Origin: Candidatus Iainarchaeum sp.
GTDB lineage: Archaea; Iainarchaeota; Iainarchaeia; Iainarchaeales; DTGL01
Assembly (NCBI GenBank): GCA_038886995.1
Contig: JAWALG010000019.1
Span: 1 to 20,462 of the forward strand
Direction of reading: 5' to 3'
DNA length: 20,462 bases
Both the position numbers and the translations under genes were made by a program. How positions within the stretch are numbered: position 1 is the stretch's first letter; each line of letters opens with the position of its first letter. Below the pieces are notes generated by a model. That model was given only the letters and a program-made list of their open reading frames with translations. It searched no databases and was not told the origin of the DNA. Shown piece after piece: positions 16,215 through 20,462 of the stretch.

Positions 16215-17911
16215 CTACACACCATTGCTTTTTTTACGAAATGTAAAAATAAAGGATCCGGCTTCAAAGGCCTAGAGGTAAACTCTGGGTGATATTGCGA
16301 TGCCATGAAAAAAGGATGCTTTGGAAGCTCAAGCAATTGCATCAAAGGCCTTTTTGGATCTTTGCCGGAAAAAACCAACCCTTTATCAGCAAGCTTGCCG
16401 ATATACTCAGGATTTAACTCATACCTGTGCCTGAAGCGTCTCCTTATCAGGGTAGTTCTCCCATGTATTTCGTATGCAAATGTCCCTTTTATAATCTCCA
16501 CACCCTGTGCACCTAAACGCATAGATGCGCCAAAACCACTAACATCTTTTTGGTCAGGAAGCAGTGTTATTACTGGGTGCTTACACTTTGGTTCAAACTC
16601 AGTGCTATTTGCACCTTTAAGCCCGCAAAAACTTCTTGCGAAAGCAATTGCTGCAACCTGAAAGCCGAGGCATAGGCCTAAGTATGGCTTTTTGTTCTCC
16701 AAGCAGTATTGGGCAGCCATTATTTTTCCTTCAACACCTCTTTTTCCAAAGCCGCCAGGAACAATTATTCCAGAAAAGCTTTTCAGCGTTGAAATCTTTG
16801 TAGTGCCATTTTCAAGTGCTATTGCATCAATAAAGTTCACAGAAATCTTTGTCTTTAGGGGGCCTTCACAATGTTCAAGGGCTTTAAGTATGCTTATGTA
16901 GGCATCCTTTACATTGACATATTTGCCCACAATTGCCACTTTCGTAATAGGTGCGCTTTTCGGTGGCGTATTTTTTAGAGTCCATTCTTCCAATGCCTTG
17001 TCTTTTGGCCTAAATTTCTTTTCTATGCCAAGGGACTCCAAAATTTTGCTGTCCGCGCCTCTTTTCCTTAGCAAGAGTGGCAGCTCATATATCTTTTTTA
17101 TATCTTCAAGTCCTATGACTCTATCAAGAGGCACATTGCTGTTTATGCTTATCTTTTCAGCTATGCTTTGGGATAAAGGCCTGTGGGACCTGCATATTAT
17201 TAGGTCTGGCTGTATTCCTAATGAAAGAAGCCCCCTTATTCCCAGCTGTGCTGCTTTGCTTTTCTGCTCACCTAATGTTTGTGGTTCTATTATATATGTA
17301 ACGTTCAAGAAGCAAACATTCTGCTTGCCTTCCTCATACATCAGCTCACGCATGGCTTCTATAGCAAACATGTTTTCATAGTCGCCAACAGTTCCGCCTA
17401 TTTCAATTATGATAATATCTGGCTTTTTGTTTGCTGCAAGTGTCCTAACAAAGCTTTTTATCTCGCCAGTGACGTGTGGTATAAATTGGACATCCCTGCC
17501 GAGGTATTCCCCACGCCTTTCCTTTTCAATTATTGTTTTGTAAACAAGGCCACTAGTTATGAAATTTTCTCTTGAGAGATCCTTATCCAAGAACCTTTCG
17601 TAAGAGCCAAGGTCCATATCTGTTTCGGTTCCATCTTGCAAAACAAAAACTTCCCCATGTCTGTAAGGGTTCAATGTTCCAGCGTCTACGTTTAAGTATG
17701 CCTCAAGCTTTAGTGGCTCCACATTCATGCCGCGGTTCTGAAAAAGCTTGCATAAAGAGCTTGTTATCATCCCTTTGCCAACGCCGCTTATTACAGAACC
17801 AGTGATTATAAGATACTTGGTAATTCCTTTTTTATAACCCTTCGGTATTGGCGTGTAAAATTCGTTAGCAGCCCTTGAAGAGGCCTCTTTAAGCAGCTTT
17901 TCCCCCCGCAC
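16208..17911 (-). CDS. pyrG: CTP synthase
   Basis: Synthetase motifs GSVISGVGKG, HGEVFV..DG.ETDxDLG.YERF and EIGGTVGD. Glutaminase motifs PGGFG, GLCLG, RHRYE and QYHPE. Confidence 0.98.
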   Translation of the reverse strand: MRGEKLLKEASSRAANEFYTPIPKGYKKGITKYLIITGSVISGVGKGMITSSLCKLFQNRGMNVEPLKLEAYLNVDAGTLNPYRHGEVFVLQDGTETDMDLGSYERFLDKDLSRENFITSGLVYKTIIEKERRGEYLGRDVQFIPHVTGEIKSFVRTLAANKKPDIIIIEIGGTVGDYENMFAIEAMRELMYEEGKQNVCFLNVTYIIEPQTLGEQKSKAAQLGIRGLLSLGIQPDLIICRSHRPLSQSIAEKISINSNVPLDRVIGLEDIKKIYELPLLLRKRGADSKILESLGIEKKFRPKDKALEEWTLKNTPPKSAPITKVAIVGKYVNVKDAYISILKALEHCEGPLKTKISVNFIDAIALENGTTKISTLKSFSGIIVPGGFGKRGVEGKIMAAQYCLENKKPYLGLCLGFQVAAIAFARSFCGLKGANSTEFEPKCKHPVITLLPDQKDVSGFGASMRLGAQGVEIIKGTFAYEIHGRTTLIRRRFRHRYELNPEYIGKLADKGLVFSGKDPKRPLMQLLELPKHPFFMASQYHPEFTSRPLKPDPLFLHFVKKAMVCRC

Positions 17912-17938
17912 CTAACCACTTATGCTTAATAAGTTGCA

Positions 17939-17958
17939 AGTTTTTTAAAGCATTGCTG
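17939..17958 (-). promoter_or_regulatory. Possible TATA-like promoter of the pyrG operon
   Basis: Minus strand CAGCAATGCTTTAAAAAAAC, about 30 nt upstream of the GTG. Confidence 0.45.
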
Positions 17959-17964
17959 TTTAGA

Positions 17965-17995
17965 AAAAAGATAAGAAAAGAGAAAAAAAGAAAAA
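17965..17995 (-). terminator. Oligo-T tract after the Kazal operon
   Basis: Minus strand TTTTTCTTTTTTTCTCTTTTCTTATCTTTTTT just past the stop at 18002. Confidence 0.6.
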
Positions 17996-18001
17996 TGGCT
18001 T

Positions 18002-18406
18002 TTATTCTGGTGGCAATGGCAACTCTTCTACTTCGTTTTTATCAAGTTCTTCAAGCATCTTTTCAAGCTCTTCATCCATTGCTTTCTCTGTATTCTTTGC
18101 ACCGCAAGCGCCCTCGTATGCAACCTTGACACCAGCACACCCCGCTACACATGCGTTGCTATATGTCTTTCCGTCAGTGCCGCAAACTGGCTGGTAAACC
18201 TGCACACAATAGCAGCCAGTAGGTATTGGTTTGCTGCCACTGCCAGAGCCCGTGCCACCACCACTGCTAGCTGTTTCGATTGGCTCTGTATTTTCTCCAC
18301 CACCGCTGCTCTGGCCGGTCATTGAAATTGCCACGACTGCAATTACTGCCACAATGACTACGACTGCTACTGCAATCAAGATTTTCTTGTTTTGCGTTAC
18401 GTCCAA
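18002..18406 (-). CDS. Membrane-tethered Kazal-type serine protease inhibitor domain protein
   Basis: N-terminal TM helix, G/S linker, Kazal CYCVQVYQPVCGTDGKTYSNAC..GC.......GAC (18104-18214) and acidic tail. TTG 18406 follows SD GGGTGA; the ORF track gives GTG 18415. Confidence 0.9.
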   Translation of the reverse strand: MDVTQNKKILIAVAVVVIVAVIAVVAISMTGQSSGGGENTEPIETASSGGGTGSGSGSKPIPTGCYCVQVYQPVCGTDGKTYSNACVAGCAGVKVAYEGACGAKNTEKAMDEELEKMLEELDKNEVEELPLPPE

Positions 18407-18411
18407 TTTTA

Positions 18412-20286
18412 TCACCCTTGTATGACATAGCCACAGCTATAGCAGTATTTTGGTTCTTTGTCATTGGCATAGCCGCACGGCACTTCGCCTTTCAGCGTGC
18501 ATTGATTCCTCTCTGCAACACTCTTTGCAACACATTGATATGGCGAACATAGCGCTTGTTCACATTCTTTTAATGTTTTAAAGGTCCTTAGTCCTTCGTA
18601 CATGTAAAGGCCGCAGAATTGCTTATAGCCACATGTCCTGTTCTGGTTATCAAACCAGTAGAGGTACTGGCACTCTGGTTGTGTTGTGGTTTGTGTTGGT
18701 ATGGGTATTGGGATTGCTGTTGGGGTTTTGATTGGGGTTTGAGTTTGCACTGGAGAGGTCACAGGGGTGGTCTGCGGACATTTTGCACAGTAATATCTTT
18801 GCTCGTAACAGCCGCCATCACTTGTTGAGTCCCTGCATATTCTTACATTTGGGCACTCATAATCTGAAACTATGGCACAGCCGTTTATCTCAATCTCCTC
18901 TTTTGTCATGCATTTGTAGGGGTAAGAACACTTTTTGCTTGGCTCACCGCACTTTCCCTTGTACATTACTTTTACGCCAGCGCACTCAGCTTCGCAGCTG
19001 TTGCCATATGTCTTGCCATCACTTCCACAAACAGGGTCATATACTGCTACGCAGTTACAATGCTGTGGTGTAATGCAGTCATAACCGACAATGCAGCCAT
19101 TTTCATCGTACTTTGGCGTAACCTTGCCGTTAGCGCAAAAGTTGGGGTCTAAAGGAGGTGCGCTCTTGCATTGTCTTTGAGTCATTGGGCATTTTACACA
19201 AGCTAAGTCGCTTGGGCAGTCGTATGTCTGTGAAAAGCCAATTATTCCGCATGCGTTTTTCTTCGCATCTTCTGGACTCATGCACTTGTATGGTTCTGCG
19301 CATATTTTCTTTATGCCCATGCAACGCTCATGGCACCTACCACAGAAGTCATCTTCTACTGTTTGCTTAACTGCTTCTGTCGAGCTTACTGTATTCACAA
19401 CATAACAAGGCGGGCAGTTTTTAACACATTCTTCAAGGCATTTCCCTGCCTCAACAGGCACACTTATTTCTGTACTCGACAAACCAGGAACACATTTCTG
19501 CCTGCATTCTTCCTTGCATTTTATACACGCCTGGACACGTTCTGGAGCTGATGTGCCTTGTTCTTGTATTCTTGCTGTCACAAAGACCGCTTCTTTTGAA
19601 TCAACCTGCACAGCGCAAAACTCCAAAGAAGGATTTTCTTCACAAAGCTTTTTCAGGTACTGTTTGCACCTTACATCCTGTACATTCTTGATGCAATACT
19701 CCTTCCAGAGTGGCAGGCAATCATCGCTGCTAGGGTTCTGTTCACAGTTTCTTACTCTATTGCAACCAACTGCATCAGGGTTTTCTTTGCAGTACTCCTT
19801 CACATTTTCAATCTGCTTAAATGGTATGAAAACCATACTGTACTGCAAGTAGTATGCGTAATATGTTACATCTTTTATCTTTGCTTTTCCAGCCCATACA
19901 ATGACATCAGGTGTGTCAACAAATGAGAGTGAAATACTACCTATTAGTAGGTTTTTGTCGTAAATGTTTGCTGAAAAAGTTGTACTTGTTGCTACAACGT
20001 CTTTTATTGTGTACTTTGTTTTGTCAAATGTTATTATGCCCCTGTCTAAACCTTTGTCCGAATTAAGCGGCTCAGGTCCTTTTGGTTTAAATGTTGCAGA
20101 TATTAGTTTGCTGGAGTGTATATCCATTGAGTCATCAGAGTTTACAAGGATTCCTTTTGCACTTATGTGGATATGCCTTATATCAACTGCTTCACTTCCA
20201 GAGCTTTGGGCCATAACTGAAGAAATCAAAAGACCTAAAAAAAGAGCCCCAAAAAAAGGCAAAAGCACTTTTCTACAATAAACCAC
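18412..20286 (-). CDS. Secreted Cys-rich mosaic protein with Kazal domain (624 aa)
   Basis: GTG start after SD GGGGTGA, signal peptide ending VMA. Kazal CNCVAVYDPVCGSDGKTYGNSC (18949-19059), more than 50 Cys in several module types, P/T linker. Confidence 0.88.
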   Translation of the reverse strand: MVYCRKVLLPFFGALFLGLLISSVMAQSSGSEAVDIRHIHISAKGILVNSDDSMDIHSSKLISATFKPKGPEPLNSDKGLDRGIITFDKTKYTIKDVVATSTTFSANIYDKNLLIGSISLSFVDTPDVIVWAGKAKIKDVTYYAYYLQYSMVFIPFKQIENVKEYCKENPDAVGCNRVRNCEQNPSSDDCLPLWKEYCIKNVQDVRCKQYLKKLCEENPSLEFCAVQVDSKEAVFVTARIQEQGTSAPERVQACIKCKEECRQKCVPGLSSTEISVPVEAGKCLEECVKNCPPCYVVNTVSSTEAVKQTVEDDFCGRCHERCMGIKKICAEPYKCMSPEDAKKNACGIIGFSQTYDCPSDLACVKCPMTQRQCKSAPPLDPNFCANGKVTPKYDENGCIVGYDCITPQHCNCVAVYDPVCGSDGKTYGNSCEAECAGVKVMYKGKCGEPSKKCSYPYKCMTKEEIEINGCAIVSDYECPNVRICRDSTSDGGCYEQRYYCAKCPQTTPVTSPVQTQTPIKTPTAIPIPIPTQTTTQPECQYLYWFDNQNRTCGYKQFCGLYMYEGLRTFKTLKECEQALCSPYQCVAKSVAERNQCTLKGEVPCGYANDKEPKYCYSCGYVIQG

Positions 20287-20349
20287 TTTTTATCACCCCA
20301 CACTCATCAGTGCTTTTATCTAAAATTATGTTACTTATATGAAATAACT

Positions 20350-20366
20350 TTTATTTAAGCTTTTGC
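20350..20366 (-). promoter_or_regulatory. Probable BRE+TATA promoter of the Kazal operon
   Basis: Minus strand GCAAAAGCTTAAATAAA, about 65 nt upstream of the GTG, preceded by an A-tract. Confidence 0.55.
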
Positions 20367-20392
20367 TTTATTTTATTTTTCGTTTTTTTTTT

Positions 20393-20438
20393 GAGAAAAA
20401 TTTAGAAAAAAGCAAATAAAATCTAAAAAATCAACAAA
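20393..20438 (-). terminator. T-rich terminator tract after the tRNA
   Basis: Minus strand TTTGTTGATTTTTTAGATTTTATTTGCTTTTTTCTAAATTTTTCTC immediately 3' of the tRNA end. Confidence 0.55.
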
Positions 20439-20462
20439 TGAGGCTGCTGGGATTCGAACCCA
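20439..20462 (-). tRNA. 3' end of a tRNA gene (partial, cut by the window edge; isotype unknown)
   Basis: Minus strand TGGG-TTCGAAT-CCCAG-CAGCCTC-A gives the T-arm, 7-nt acceptor 3' strand and discriminator A. No encoded CCA. Confidence 0.85.

Noticed and set aside
19321-19350. Heme c motif CxxCH (CGRCH)
   Set aside because: It is a single occurrence within a run of CxxCxxxC motifs in a protein with more than 50 Cys, so it is likely chance. No cytochrome maturation genes are present in the window.
144-20281. Many alternative-frame and antisense ORFs (e.g. 12595..13215, 16914..17381, 4210..4611, 18732..19073)
   Set aside because: They lie on top of well-supported genes and show no recognisable motifs, so they are shadow ORFs.
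18002-20462. tRNA-integrated island carrying the Kazal genes
   Set aside because: I found no integrase and no second copy of the tRNA 3' end in the window, and housekeeping pyrG follows directly.
1-20462. CRISPR array, diversity-generating retroelement, IS element or genome-wide stop-codon reassignment
   Set aside because: I saw no spaced repeats, reverse transcriptase, transposase or TR/VR pair. Conserved genes end at the expected positions with TAA, TAG and TGA.

Overview
This 20.5-kb window of about 40% GC is almost fully coding chromosomal DNA. Its signals look archaeal: BRE+TATA promoters, GGTGA/GGTGG Shine-Dalgarno sites, oligo-T tracts after genes, and a tRNA 3' end with no encoded CCA. 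A DPANN-type archaeon is my inference, not proven. The left half (56-9883) holds seven secreted or membrane-anchored proteins (PKD, Ig-like repeat and Cys/Tyr-rich types), including a tightly coupled four-gene minus-strand operon. The middle holds a bacterial/eukaryotic-type MetK, a YbaK/ProX-like editing protein, a PHP phosphoesterase, a TraB/PrgY-family membrane protein and a stand-alone tRNA-binding OB-fold protein. The right side holds an overlapping pyrG / CDP-alcohol phosphotransferase / GT-C glycosyltransferase operon, then a two-gene Kazal locus beside the 3' end of a tRNA cut by the window edge. The best novelty candidate is the 624-aa secreted protein with more than 50 Cys. It strings together Kazal, Kunitz-like, CxxNP, CX3C and a thrice-repeated PYxC module, and is coupled to a membrane-tethered Kazal protein with a different reactive site. 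I saw no mobile element, CRISPR array or rRNA. All family assignments come from motif recognition by eye; no searches were run.
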